Origin: Betaproteobacteria bacterium
GTDB taxonomy: Bacteria; Pseudomonadota; Gammaproteobacteria; Burkholderiales; SG8-39
Length of the DNA stretch: 64,000 nucleotides
Assembly (NCBI GenBank): GCA_947482825.1
Contig: CANKMT010000008.1
Span: 7,634-71,633, forward strand
Direction: 5' to 3'
In this document: piece by piece, positions 45,705 to 55,375 of the stretch
How the letters are laid out: each line of letters opens with the position of its first letter
Position numbering within the stretch: position 1 is the stretch's first letter
The notes under the pieces: generated by a model
What the model was told of the DNA's origin: nothing
The model's database searches: none
The model's input: only the letters and a program-made list of their open reading frames with translations
Translations under genes and position numbers: made by a program

Positions 45705-46724
45705 ATGAAAAAGATCGGCGTTTGTTGGGTCTTGCTGGCAGCCGCGTTGTCCGGGCCTGCGGCGGCGCAAGCTCCCATGGTCTGGAAGTTTTCCAACTGG
45801 CTGCCCCCAACGCACCCTGCGAGCGAACACGTAATCAAGGTATGGGCCAAGCAGGTGGAAGAGGCCACGCAGGGCCGCGTCAAGGTCGATGTCATTTCAC
45901 CGCTTGGCGCACCGCCCGCGCACCTGGACCTGGTGAAGAACGGCGTGGCCGATGCAGCCGGCATCACGACCGCCTACACCGCGGGACGCTTCGCATTGCT
46001 CAAAGGCCTCGAGCTGCCTTTCATGTCCGACCAGAACTCGGCGATGTCGATCGCCGCGCAGCGCACCCAGGATCAGTTTTTCGCCAAGGCGAACGAATTC
46101 GACGGCCTCAAGCTGGGCGGCCTGTCGATGGTGGGGCCCTACCAGATCTACACCACGAAGAAAGCGATCGTCACGCTGGAGGACTTCAAGGGCCAGAAGA
46201 TCCGCGAAGCCGGCGGGCTGACCAAGGAGGTGGTCGAGGCGCTCGGCGCCACGCCTTTCTTCGCGCCCGCCCCGCAGACCTACGACGTGCTCTCCAAAGG
46301 CGTCGGCGACGGCGTGCTGTTCCCGCCGGAGTCGATTCCCGGCTTCAAGGTCACGACCGCGGTTCGCCACGGGCTGCACGTGCCGGGCGGATTCAACCAG
46401 GCCGCCTTTGCGCTCATCATCAATGACGCGAAATGGAAAGCGCTGTCCCCGGCGGACCAGGCCGCGGTGGGCAAGCTCCTGGGTGAGCACTGGTCGCGGC
46501 TTTGGGGAGAGCTGTGGGATCGCACCAATGCGGCCGCGATCGAGCAGATGAAGAAGGAAGGCGTGCAGATCGCGCAGGCTTCGCCCGCCGTGCTGGCCGA
46601 AGTCCAGAAGCGATTTGCCGGCTTCGAGACCGCCTGGCTGGCCGACGCGCAGAAAAAAGGCGTGGACGGCAAGGCGGCGCTGGCGTTCTACCGCGCCGAG
46701 ATCAGGAAGCTGGAGAAGAAGTAA
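45705..46724 (+). CDS. dctP: TRAP transporter substrate-binding protein (DctP family)
   Basis: ATG 45705 lies 7 nt after AGGAG. The signal peptide ends AAAQA. Confidence 0.88.
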   Translation: MKKIGVCWVLLAAALSGPAAAQAPMVWKFSNWLPPTHPASEHVIKVWAKQVEEATQGRVKVDVISPLGAPPAHLDLVKNGVADAAGITTAYTAGRFALLKGLELPFMSDQNSAMSIAAQRTQDQFFAKANEFDGLKLGGLSMVGPYQIYTTKKAIVTLEDFKGQKIREAGGLTKEVVEALGATPFFAPAPQTYDVLSKGVGDGVLFPPESIPGFKVTTAVRHGLHVPGGFNQAAFALIINDAKWKALSPADQAAVGKLLGEHWSRLWGELWDRTNAAAIEQMKKEGVQIAQASPAVLAEVQKRFAGFETAWLADAQKKGVDGKAALAFYRAEIRKLEKK

Positions 46725-47803
46725 TGCGCATCGCGGTGCTCGGCGGCGGCAATGGTTGCTACGCCGCGGCCGCGGACCTCGCCGAGCAGGGCCACGAAGT
46801 GCGGCTGTGGCGGCGCGACGCGGAAGCGTTCGCACCGGTGCTCGCGAGCCAGTCGATCAAGCTCAAGGACCTGCGCGGCGCGCGCACCGTGCGCCTCACG
46901 TTGGCAACCCCGGACATCGGTGCCGCGGTGCGCGGTGCGAAGCTGCTGCTCATGCCCGGGCCCGCCGACTCCCAGGTCGATATCGCGCGAGCCATCGCGC
47001 CGCACACGCAATCCGGCCAGGTGGTGTTCTGCCCGCCCGGCACCTTCGGGAGCTATGTCATTGCCAAGGTGCTGCGCGATGCCGGAAGCAAAGCCGACCT
47101 GACCTTCGCCGAGACCGGCACCCTGCCCTACCTCACGCGTAAGCACGCTGCCGACGAAGTAGCCATCACGATTCGCGCCAAGCACCTGCCCACGGGTGTG
47201 TTCCCGGCACGCCGCGCGGAAGAAACGCTCGCTGTCCTGCGCGAAGCCTATGCATCGGTGGAACCGGCGGACAATGCGCTTTCCGGTGCGCTCATGAACG
47301 CCGGCCCCGTGATTCACCCGCCGCTGATCCTGATGAACGCCGGACCGCTCGAGCATTTCGATCGCTGGGACATCCACAACGAAGGCACGCAGCCCTCGAT
47401 CCGCGCCGTCACCGACGCGCTGGACAACGAGCGGATCGCTCTTAGAACGGCGCTCGGGCATGCGCCGCCGCATTTCCCGCTCAAGGACCACTACACCAGC
47501 GATCGCTGGATGTACGGCGACGCCCATGACCGGCTCACCGAATCGGGCGACTGGCGCGAGCACATCGACCTGAAGACACATCGCTACATGACCGAGGACG
47601 TGGTGTACGGACTGGCCTTCCTCGTGTCTGTCGGCCGCTGGGCGCGTGTGCCCACGCCGGTGGCCGCTGGATTGCTCGCGATAGCCTCGGCGGTGATCGG
47701 CAAGGACATCGCATCGAGCAGCCCGCGCACGCTCGAAGCGTTGGGGCTCGCGACACTGACGCCCGGTGCGATGCATCGCATGCTGGACCAGGGCCTGGCC
47801 TGA
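46724..47803 (+). CDS. NAD/NADP octopine/nopaline (opine) dehydrogenase family protein
   Basis: MRIAVLGGGNGCYAAAADLA Rossmann start, about 359 aa. TAATG junction with dctP. Confidence 0.8.
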   Translation: MRIAVLGGGNGCYAAAADLAEQGHEVRLWRRDAEAFAPVLASQSIKLKDLRGARTVRLTLATPDIGAAVRGAKLLLMPGPADSQVDIARAIAPHTQSGQVVFCPPGTFGSYVIAKVLRDAGSKADLTFAETGTLPYLTRKHAADEVAITIRAKHLPTGVFPARRAEETLAVLREAYASVEPADNALSGALMNAGPVIHPPLILMNAGPLEHFDRWDIHNEGTQPSIRAVTDALDNERIALRTALGHAPPHFPLKDHYTSDRWMYGDAHDRLTESGDWREHIDLKTHRYMTEDVVYGLAFLVSVGRWARVPTPVAAGLLAIASAVIGKDIASSSPRTLEALGLATLTPGAMHRMLDQGLA

Positions 47804-48795
47804 TGCCGCCCCCGGCCGTGATCGGCGCGCTCGGCGCCGGCCGCATGGGTCGCGGTATCGCGCACGCCTTTGCATATGCCGGCCACGAAGTCGTGCTGCT
47901 CGACATGAAGCCGCGCGACGCCGCCGCGGCGGCGGCCCTGCGCGAGGCCGGGATGAAGGAAATCGGCGCGAGCCTCGCTGCGCTGGCCGAACTCGGCGCA
48001 TTTTCAGCGGACGAAATACCCGCAATGCTCGCGCGTATCCGGTTTGCGGCCCGGGATGAAGCGCCCGCCGCGCTGGCCGGGATCGATGTCCTGTTCGAAG
48101 GCGTGCCTGAAGTGCTCGAGGCCAAGCGCGAAGCGTTTGCCTTTGCCTGCGCGCATCTTCCATCGCACTCGATCGTTGCCTCGACCACCTCGACTATGCT
48201 GTCGACCGAGCTCGCGGCGTTCGTTACGAATCCCGGGCGATTCCTCAATTGCCATTGGCTCAATCCTGCGTACCTGATCCCGCTGGTTGAACTCTCGCCG
48301 CATCCCGGCACCGAACCGGCCGTCCTCGCGCGCATGAAGGCAATGCTGGAGAAAATCGGCAAGAAACCGGTGGTCTGCAAGGCCGCGCCCGGCTACATCG
48401 TGCCGCGCTTCCAGGCGCTGATCATGAACGAAGCGGCGCGCATGCTCGAGCAGGGCGTTGCCACGCCCGAGGACATCGATCGTGCGGTCCGTTACGGTTT
48501 CGGGCTGCGCTACGCGACGATGGGCGTGGTCGAGTTCATCGACTACGGCGGGCTCGACATCCTCTACTACGCCAGCCGCTACATGTCCGGGGCGCTGGGC
48601 GATGCGCGCTTCGCCCCGCCCGAAATCGTCGAGCGCTACATGGCGCAAGGCCGCGTAGGCCTGCGCAGCGGCCAGGGATTTTTCGACTGGGGAACCACGG
48701 ATGTCGCGGCCTATCGCAAGGACGTGCTCGCGCGGCAGCTGGATTTGTTCGGCCATCTGGGCCTCGTGCCGGCGCCCGGCGCGGCGCTCGGTTGA
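47803..48795 (+). CDS. 3-hydroxyacyl-CoA dehydrogenase family protein
   Basis: IGALGAGRMGRGIAHAFA NAD fold, HWLNPAYLIPLVE, and a C-terminal 3HCDH domain. TGATG junction. Confidence 0.88.
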   Translation: MPPPAVIGALGAGRMGRGIAHAFAYAGHEVVLLDMKPRDAAAAAALREAGMKEIGASLAALAELGAFSADEIPAMLARIRFAARDEAPAALAGIDVLFEGVPEVLEAKREAFAFACAHLPSHSIVASTTSTMLSTELAAFVTNPGRFLNCHWLNPAYLIPLVELSPHPGTEPAVLARMKAMLEKIGKKPVVCKAAPGYIVPRFQALIMNEAARMLEQGVATPEDIDRAVRYGFGLRYATMGVVEFIDYGGLDILYYASRYMSGALGDARFAPPEIVERYMAQGRVGLRSGQGFFDWGTTDVAAYRKDVLARQLDLFGHLGLVPAPGAALG

Positions 48796-48808
48796 GCACT
48801 CGCGGCCC

Positions 48809-49615
48809 TCAGCTCATCACCAACCCACCTTCCACGTTGTAGGACTGCCCGGTAATGTAGTCCGAGCCCGGACCGGCGAGGAAAACCGCCATGCCGGTGA
48901 GATCCTCGGGCGTTTGCGGGCGCCCCATCGGAATGCTGCGGATGCGGTCCGCCCACGCCTCGCCGGGTGCGCGGCCGTCGGAAGCCGTCCATTCGCGATC
49001 GATCTTGCGCCACATTTCGGTATCCACGATGCCCGGGCAGATGGCGTTTACCGTGATCTCGGGCGCGAGCGCGCCCGCCGCCGATTGCGTAATGCTGATC
49101 GCGGCCGCCTTGCTCGCGGCATAGGCCACGAACATCGGGCGCCCTATGCGTCCTGCAATCGACGCGATGTTGATGATCTTCCCGCGCAGACCCGCGCCCT
49201 GCCCAGACCCGCGCAGTGGTTGCGACTGCATCTGGCGAGCACCGGCCTGCAGCGCAAAGAACAACCCGCGCGCGTTGATGTCGTTGTTGTAGTCCCAGTC
49301 CTCGGGGGTCAGGTCGAGCAGGGTCGCCACGCGGATCACCCCCGCGTTGTTGACCATGACGTCGATCCGCCCGAACCGGTCCGCCGCGCGGGCAACCATC
49401 GCTGCGCTCTCCTTCGGCTCGCCGATATCGGTGCGGCACGCCTCCGCGCTCCCGCCGGAGGCGCGGATCTGCGCCGCAACGGCCTCGGCGCCTTCAAGGT
49501 CGAGGTCGGCGATGAAAACCGCCGCGCCCTCCTGCGCGTAGCGCAGCGCGATTGCACGGCCGATGCCGCGTGATGCTCCCGTCACGAGTGTGACCGAATC
49601 TTTCAAGCTGCCCAT
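48809..49615 (-). CDS. SDR family oxidoreductase
   Basis: ATG 49615 (MGSLKDSVTLVTGASRGIGRAIA), NNAG, YAASKAA. Confidence 0.9.
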   Translation of the reverse strand: MGSLKDSVTLVTGASRGIGRAIALRYAQEGAAVFIADLDLEGAEAVAAQIRASGGSAEACRTDIGEPKESAAMVARAADRFGRIDVMVNNAGVIRVATLLDLTPEDWDYNNDINARGLFFALQAGARQMQSQPLRGSGQGAGLRGKIINIASIAGRIGRPMFVAYAASKAAAISITQSAAGALAPEITVNAICPGIVDTEMWRKIDREWTASDGRAPGEAWADRIRSIPMGRPQTPEDLTGMAVFLAGPGSDYITGQSYNVEGGLVMS

Positions 49616-49710
49616 GTCATTGCCTCCCTTGCAGCGCGTCGCACCCGGCGGCAACGCGCTTCGCCTACACTAACATCGACCGGGATCTCTCCGACACAAC
49701 AGGAGCACAC

Positions 49711-49800
49711 ATGAACGACGAATCACGGATGGCGGTGGTGACCGGTGCGGGATCCGGCCTTGGCCGCGCGATTGCGATGCGCCTCGCGCGGCGAGCCCAC
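49711..49800 (+). pseudogene. N-terminal remnant (~30 codons) of an SDR gene
   Basis: MNDESRMAVVTGAGSGLGRAIAMRLARR is a perfect SDR TGxxxGxG start. All SDR similarity is then lost. The frame happens to stay open into the downstream receptor gene. Confidence 0.5.
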
Positions 49801-50010
49801 GCGCATGTGCTTGCCTGGGAGAGCCCCGCCACGCTCACCGGCGCGGCTGCCGCCCCCTTCAGCGTCAAGCAATCATCGGCTGGGGCGGGCGATCGCCCGT
49901 GCGCCTTCCGTCGTGCCCCTGCTGCCGCGAACCTCGGCTTGCGCGGCAGAGGCACCGCATGCATCCTTCGCCATGCCGACAGACCTGATCCTTCCAAGGG
50001 GGTACCAACC

Positions 50011-51216
50011 ATGAAGCCTGTTTCGATTCGTTCGTTCGCCTGCGCGTCGTTTGCTGCGTGGGCTGCACTGCTCTCCGCCGGAGCCGTGGCGCAGGATGTG
50101 ATCCGCATCGGCGCACCGCTGCCGATTACCGGCGCGCTCTCGCCGGAGGCGAAGAAGCTGCAGAACGGCATGAACCTGTGGATGGAAACCGCCAACAAGG
50201 CCGGCGGCATCAAGGTCGGCGCGAAGCGCATGAAGATCGAGATCGTGCCGGTCGACTACCAATCGAACACGCCGCGCGCCGTGCAGGCCACGGAGAAGCT
50301 GGTCACGCAGGACAAGGTGGACTTCATGTTCTCGCCGATGGGCTCGGGCGCCACCAAGGCCGCCTCCAGCGTATCGGAGAAGTATCAGATACCGACCATC
50401 GCCGCGACCGCCTCCTCCGAGCAAGTTTACGACCAGGGCTACAAGTACCTGTTCGGCGTGTACACGCCCAACCAGACGCTGACCGAGCCGCTGGCCGACC
50501 TGGTGAAGAAGCAGGCGGCAGGGGTGCAGCGCGTCGCGATCCTTGCGCGGAACGACCTGTTTCCGCTGGCCATCGCGCAGGAAATGGAGAAGTCGGCCAA
50601 GAAGCGCGGCATGAACGTAATGTATTTCGAGAAGTACGCGATCGGCACGCTCGATCACGCCTCGGCACTCAGCCAGATAAAGTCCTTGGCGCCGCACTGG
50701 ATCTTCGCCACCGGCTACATGAACGACCTGATCCTGATCAAGAAGCAGATGGCGGACCTCGGCATCGAGGCGCCGGTGGTGACCATGATCGCCGGACCGG
50801 CCTACAAGGAATTCGTCTCGGCGCTCGGCAAAGGCGCGGAGAACGTCACCAGCGCCGCGTGGTGGCACCCGGCCGTGCGCTACAAGGGCAAGGACGTGTT
50901 CGGCACGACGGAAAACTTCAACAAGCTGTTCCGCGACAAGTACGGCCTCGACCCCGACTACGGCGAAGCGTCCGCAGCGGCCTCGGGGGTGGTGCTGCAG
51001 CTGGCCATCGAGGCTGCCGGCACCACGGACAAGAAGGCGGTGCGCGAGCAGCTGGCGAAGATGAACACCATGACGTTCTTCGGCCCGATCAAGTTCGGCC
51101 CGAACGGCCAGGTCGACTCGCTCGACCCGCCAGTGTTCCAGGTGCAGAAAGGCACCCAGGTGGTGATCCTTCCTGCCGCGATCAAGCAGGGCAACCTGCA
51201 ACTCGGCGTGAAGTAG
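50011..51216 (+). CDS. branched-chain-amino-acid-type ABC transporter substrate-binding protein (LivJ/K-like, Peripla_BP_6)
   Basis: ATG 50011 gives the signal peptide MKPVSIRSFACASFAAWAALLSAGAVAQ, then DVIRIGAPLPITGAL. Confidence 0.88.
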   Translation: MKPVSIRSFACASFAAWAALLSAGAVAQDVIRIGAPLPITGALSPEAKKLQNGMNLWMETANKAGGIKVGAKRMKIEIVPVDYQSNTPRAVQATEKLVTQDKVDFMFSPMGSGATKAASSVSEKYQIPTIAATASSEQVYDQGYKYLFGVYTPNQTLTEPLADLVKKQAAGVQRVAILARNDLFPLAIAQEMEKSAKKRGMNVMYFEKYAIGTLDHASALSQIKSLAPHWIFATGYMNDLILIKKQMADLGIEAPVVTMIAGPAYKEFVSALGKGAENVTSAAWWHPAVRYKGKDVFGTTENFNKLFRDKYGLDPDYGEASAAASGVVLQLAIEAAGTTDKKAVREQLAKMNTMTFFGPIKFGPNGQVDSLDPPVFQVQKGTQVVILPAAIKQGNLQLGVK

Positions 51217-51265
51217 CTCCGCCCCCCGCGAGCGCCCGGCGACGCGCCAGCACGGCGCGGCAACC

Positions 51266-52132
51266 ATGCTTACCCTGCAAATTCTCGCCAATGGACTGGT
51301 GCTCGGCGGCCTGTACGCCTGCATCGCCTCCGGCTTCTCGCTGGTCTGGGGCGTGCTCAACGTCATCAACATCCTCCACGGGTCGTTCATCGTGCTGGGC
51401 GGCTACCTCGCGTTCTATGCCTACGGGCTGCTGGGCATACACCCGTTCCTGTCGATCCTGATTGCGGCGCCGCTGTTCTTCGCGCTCGGCTACGCCATGC
51501 AGCACACTCTCATCAACCGCATGATCGCCGCGCCGGTGCTGCTGACGCTGACGCTCACCTTTGGCCTGGACCTGATGCTCTCGAACGCCATGCTCGCGAC
51601 GTTCACGGCGGATTTCAGGAAGCTGACCCTGGACCCGCCGCTGGGCACGCTGGCGTTCGGCACGATCGTGCTCCCGGTGGACCGGCTGATCGCGATGGTG
51701 CTCGCGCTCGGCCTGACGGGGCTCCTGTACCTGGTGCTGTCGCGCTCGCGTATCGGCCGCGCCATCGTCGCGGTTCGCATGGACCGCGAGGCCGCGGCGC
51801 TGATGGGCGTCAACGTGAAGCGCGTATATGCGATCACGTTCGGCCTGGGCACGTTGATGGCCGGCGCCTCGGGACCCCTGCTGGCGATGATCTTCCCGAT
51901 TTCGCCGCTGACCGGACCAGCGTACCTCGGCAAGGCTTTTGTCATCTGCGTGCTCGGCGGCCTGGGCAGCGTGCCGGGCGCGATGATCGGCGGACTAGCG
52001 CTCGGCGTCGTCGAGAGCTTCGGCTCCTTGTGGTTCGGGCCCGAGCATGCGACCACCCTCTCCTTCGTGCTGCTGATCCTGATCCTGCTGGTGCGCCCCG
52101 AGGGCTTGCTCGGCCGCAAAGGGTACGCATGA
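51266..52132 (+). CDS. livH: branched-chain amino acid ABC transporter permease (LivH family)
   Basis: 288 aa. MLTLQILANGLVLGGLYACIASGFSLVWG is the typical LivH N-terminus. Confidence 0.9.
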   Translation: MLTLQILANGLVLGGLYACIASGFSLVWGVLNVINILHGSFIVLGGYLAFYAYGLLGIHPFLSILIAAPLFFALGYAMQHTLINRMIAAPVLLTLTLTFGLDLMLSNAMLATFTADFRKLTLDPPLGTLAFGTIVLPVDRLIAMVLALGLTGLLYLVLSRSRIGRAIVAVRMDREAAALMGVNVKRVYAITFGLGTLMAGASGPLLAMIFPISPLTGPAYLGKAFVICVLGGLGSVPGAMIGGLALGVVESFGSLWFGPEHATTLSFVLLILILLVRPEGLLGRKGYA

Positions 52133-53061
52133 GGCGCGAGGCCCTCGTCGCCGCCACACTGTTCGCCCTGGTGGGGCTGTTTCCGCTCGTCGGCGAGGCC
52201 TACTGGCTGCGGCTCGGCACCACCATGCTGATGTACGGCGTGCTGGCGATGTCCTGGAACTTCATCGGCGGCATGGCCGGCTATCCCTCGTTTGCAGTCG
52301 CGGCGTTCTTCGGGCTCGGCGCGTACTCCGGCGCGGTGGCGCAGAAGTTCGGCGCGCCGGCCGGCCTCGCATGGTGTATCGCGGCCGCGAGCGCGCTCGT
52401 CTTCGCGACGCTTCTCGGTCTTGCGCTCCTGCGCCTGCGCGGGCACTACTTCGCCATCGCAAGTTTGGTGGTGGCCGACGTGCTGCGCGAACTGGTGAAT
52501 TCGGCCACCGACCTGACCGGCGGCGGAATGGGGCTCAACCTGCCCGTCCCGGCGATGAGTTCGATCGATGCACAGGCGGCGTTCTTCTTTTACGCCATGC
52601 TGGCCCTCGCGACGATCACCTTCGCCGCCACGCTCCTCGCGGCCAGGTCGAAGCTCGGCTTCGGCCTGCGCTGCATCCAGCAGAACGAGTCGGCGGCAGA
52701 CATGCTCGGCGTGGACACCACGCTGTACAAGGTCTGCGCCTTCGCGCTCTCCGCCGTCTTCGTCGGGGCGGCCGGCGCGATCTACGCGTCCTGGGTGCAC
52801 TACATCGAACCGCCGGACGTGTTCGACGTGCTGTACTCGGTGAAGGCCATCGTCATGGTCCTGCTGGGCGGCGCGGGGTCGCTGTTCGGCCCGTTGCTTG
52901 GCGCGGCGGTGTTCCTCTCGCTCGAGGAACTGGTGTGGCGCAAGTTTATCGACGTGCACACCGGCGTGCTCGGCTTGCTGATCGTGCTGCTGGTCATGTT
53001 CCTGCCCAAGGGCCTGCTTTCGCTCTCCCAGCGCCTGCCGTGGGCGGGGAAGCGTCCATGA
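52129..53061 (+). CDS. livM: branched-chain amino acid ABC transporter permease (LivM family)
   Basis: ATGA overlap with livH. Polytopic. Confidence 0.88.
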   Translation: MRREALVAATLFALVGLFPLVGEAYWLRLGTTMLMYGVLAMSWNFIGGMAGYPSFAVAAFFGLGAYSGAVAQKFGAPAGLAWCIAAASALVFATLLGLALLRLRGHYFAIASLVVADVLRELVNSATDLTGGGMGLNLPVPAMSSIDAQAAFFFYAMLALATITFAATLLAARSKLGFGLRCIQQNESAADMLGVDTTLYKVCAFALSAVFVGAAGAIYASWVHYIEPPDVFDVLYSVKAIVMVLLGGAGSLFGPLLGAAVFLSLEELVWRKFIDVHTGVLGLLIVLLVMFLPKGLLSLSQRLPWAGKRP

Positions 53062-53834
53062 GCGCGGACGGCCCGGCTCTGCTCGAGTTGTCCGGCGTGA
53101 CGCGCCAGTTCGGCGGCCTGCGCGCGGTGTCCAACGTCGACCTGTCGATAGCGCGCGGCGAGGTCATCGGCCTGATCGGGCCGAACGGCGCCGGCAAGAC
53201 CACGCTGGTGAACGTCATCACCGGCGTGCACCGTGCAAGCTCCGGCACGGTGCGTTTCGACGGCACCGACATCACGCGGCTGAAGCCCTACCAGGCGGCG
53301 CGGCGCGGCATCGCCCGCACGTTCCAGATCGTGCAGCCGTTTCCGGAGATGACGGTGGCGGAGAACGTCGCCGCCGCGGCGATGTTCGCGGGCGCGGCGG
53401 CCTACGGCAGCGAGGCGAATGCGCAGGCGCTGGAGCACCTGCGTTTCGTCGGCCTGGCGGACATTGCGCACAGCCGCGCCGCCTCGCTCACGCTCGCCAT
53501 GCGCAAGCGGCTCGAACTCGCCAAGGGCCTCGCGATGCGGCCCAAGCTCCTGCTGCTCGACGAAGTCAACGCCGGGCTCAACGCGACCGAAGTGGACCAT
53601 GCACTGCACCTGATTCGGGCCATCGCCGCGCGCGGCATCACCGTCCTGATCATCGAGCACCTGATGAAAGTAGTGCTCTCCATCTGCACACGCGTCGTCG
53701 TACTGCACCACGGGGAACTGATTGCCACGGGCGACACGAAGAGCATCGTCAAGGACCCGCGCGTGGTGGCGGCTTACCTCGGCCGGCGCTACGGCGCCGC
53801 CGACAGCGCGCTCAGGGGCGTGCCCAATGGATGA
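53058..53834 (+). CDS. livG: ABC transporter ATP-binding protein (LivG family)
   Basis: ATGA overlap with livM. GPNGAGKTT and LLLDEV motifs. Confidence 0.9.
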   Translation: MSADGPALLELSGVTRQFGGLRAVSNVDLSIARGEVIGLIGPNGAGKTTLVNVITGVHRASSGTVRFDGTDITRLKPYQAARRGIARTFQIVQPFPEMTVAENVAAAAMFAGAAAYGSEANAQALEHLRFVGLADIAHSRAASLTLAMRKRLELAKGLAMRPKLLLLDEVNAGLNATEVDHALHLIRAIAARGITVLIIEHLMKVVLSICTRVVVLHHGELIATGDTKSIVKDPRVVAAYLGRRYGAADSALRGVPNG

Positions 53835-54543
53835 ACCCCTGCTGCGCATATCAGGCGTGCATGCCGGGTATGGCGACGTGCCCGTTCTGTGGGGCATAGA
53901 CCTCGAGGTGGCGCGCGGCGAGATCGCCTGCCTGGTAGGTTCGAACGGCGCCGGCAAGACCACGCTGATGCGCACCATCTCCGGCCTCCTGGCGGCGACC
54001 CGGGGGTCGGTCAGGTTCGACGGCCGCGAACTCGCCGGCGCGCCGCCGGAGCAGACGCTGGCGTCAGGCATCGCGCAGGTGCCCGAAGGCAGGCGGCTGT
54101 TTTCCGCGATGAGCATCCGCGACAACCTGCTGATGGGCGCATACCTGCGCACCGACACGGGGGTCGCCGCGGACCTTGAACGCATGTACGCCCTGTTCCC
54201 GATCCTCGGCGAGCGCCGCCACCAGCACGCCGGCACGCTCTCCGGCGGGGAGCAGCAGATGTGCGCGATCGCGCGCGGGCTGATGAGCGCGCCGAGGATG
54301 CTGCTGATCGACGAACTCTCCCTCGGGCTCGCCCCGGCGATCGTCGACCAGCTCTGCGATACGTTGCGCGAGTTAAACCGCGCCGGACTCACGCTCCTCG
54401 TCGTCGAGCAGGACGTCGCCATCGCGCTGGAACTGGCGCAGCGCGCGTTCGTCATGGACACCGGCAGGATCACGCGCGCGGGCGACGCGGGCACTCTTGC
54501 CAACGACCCGGCGATCCGGGAGGCTTACCTGGGAGCCCTCTAA
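53827..54543 (+). CDS. livF: ABC transporter ATP-binding protein (LivF family)
   Basis: ATG 53827 overlaps the livG end by 8 nt. GSNGAGKTT, LSGGEQQM, LLIDELS. Confidence 0.9.
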   Translation: MDEPLLRISGVHAGYGDVPVLWGIDLEVARGEIACLVGSNGAGKTTLMRTISGLLAATRGSVRFDGRELAGAPPEQTLASGIAQVPEGRRLFSAMSIRDNLLMGAYLRTDTGVAADLERMYALFPILGERRHQHAGTLSGGEQQMCAIARGLMSAPRMLLIDELSLGLAPAIVDQLCDTLRELNRAGLTLLVVEQDVAIALELAQRAFVMDTGRITRAGDAGTLANDPAIREAYLGAL

Positions 54544-54598
54544 GGCGGGTTCCCGCGTTCGCACCAACTTCAGCAGACCCAAGGATGGAGAACCGGCA

Positions 54599-55348
54599 AT
54601 GGCCAACGCAATCGTGTTTGCACCAGGCGGATACCGCTACATCAGCGCGGTATTCCAGTACTCGGGAGGCGTCGCCGCCGAACCCGGCTTCGAGATCGAG
54701 CGCGCGCGGCTGGCGAAACCGGTTCCGATCGCCGACGGCTTCCGCCTGGTCGAGGCCCACCTCAAGGCGATCGGTCGGCCAAGCACGGCATTCGCTGCCT
54801 GCGAGCTGCGCTCGCCGGCGCCCTTCACAGACCAGGGTTTCGTCGAGTTCAACCGCCACTATGTGCAGACCCTGGAGCGCTGGGGCATCTACAAGGACGA
54901 GGTCAACCCGGTGGCGCGCACCAACGTATGCCCGGAGCACGACAAGCCGCCCTCCTCGTCGCTCTACGCGTTTTCGTACACGGTTCCCGCCAGGTCCGGG
55001 CTGGGCAGCTTCATTGTCGCCGGGGGCGGCGAGGCCCCGGAAGGCCAGGGTCCGTACCGCAACCTCATCGTGCGGCTCGGCGAGACCAGCATCGACGCGA
55101 TGCGCGAGAAAGTGCGCTTCGTCATGGCGGAAATGCAGCGGCGCCTCGCGGCGCTCGGCTTTGGCTGGCAGGACGCGATCTCCACGCAGGCCTACACGGT
55201 GCGCGACATCGGCGCGCTGGTGGCCGATGAAATCGTCAAGCACGGCGCGGTGCCCGGCGGGCTCGAGTGGCACTACTGCCGCCCGCCGATCGTCGACCTG
55301 GAGTACGAGATGGACGTGCGCGGCGCGGCCAGCGAAATCGTCCTCTAA
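54599..55348 (+). CDS. hypothetical protein, tandem paralogue A (possible YjgF/RidA-like C-terminal half)
   Basis: ATG 54599 (MANAIVFAPGGYRYISAVFQYSGG...), 249 aa. Paralogous to the next gene. The C-terminus ...RPPIVDLEYEMDVRG is reminiscent of RidA-fold ends. I cannot assign a family with confidence. Confidence 0.7.
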   Translation: MANAIVFAPGGYRYISAVFQYSGGVAAEPGFEIERARLAKPVPIADGFRLVEAHLKAIGRPSTAFAACELRSPAPFTDQGFVEFNRHYVQTLERWGIYKDEVNPVARTNVCPEHDKPPSSSLYAFSYTVPARSGLGSFIVAGGGEAPEGQGPYRNLIVRLGETSIDAMREKVRFVMAEMQRRLAALGFGWQDAISTQAYTVRDIGALVADEIVKHGAVPGGLEWHYCRPPIVDLEYEMDVRGAASEIVL

Positions 55349-55375
55349 CCGATCCACAGCAAGGGAGCAGCCAAC

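Noticed and set aside
49711-51216. 501-aa SDR-receptor fusion protein
   Set aside because: A canonical signal peptide starts at ATG 50011. The upstream part keeps only ~30 SDR-like codons followed by low-complexity sequence, so I interpret it as a remnant plus an open frame rather than a real fusion.
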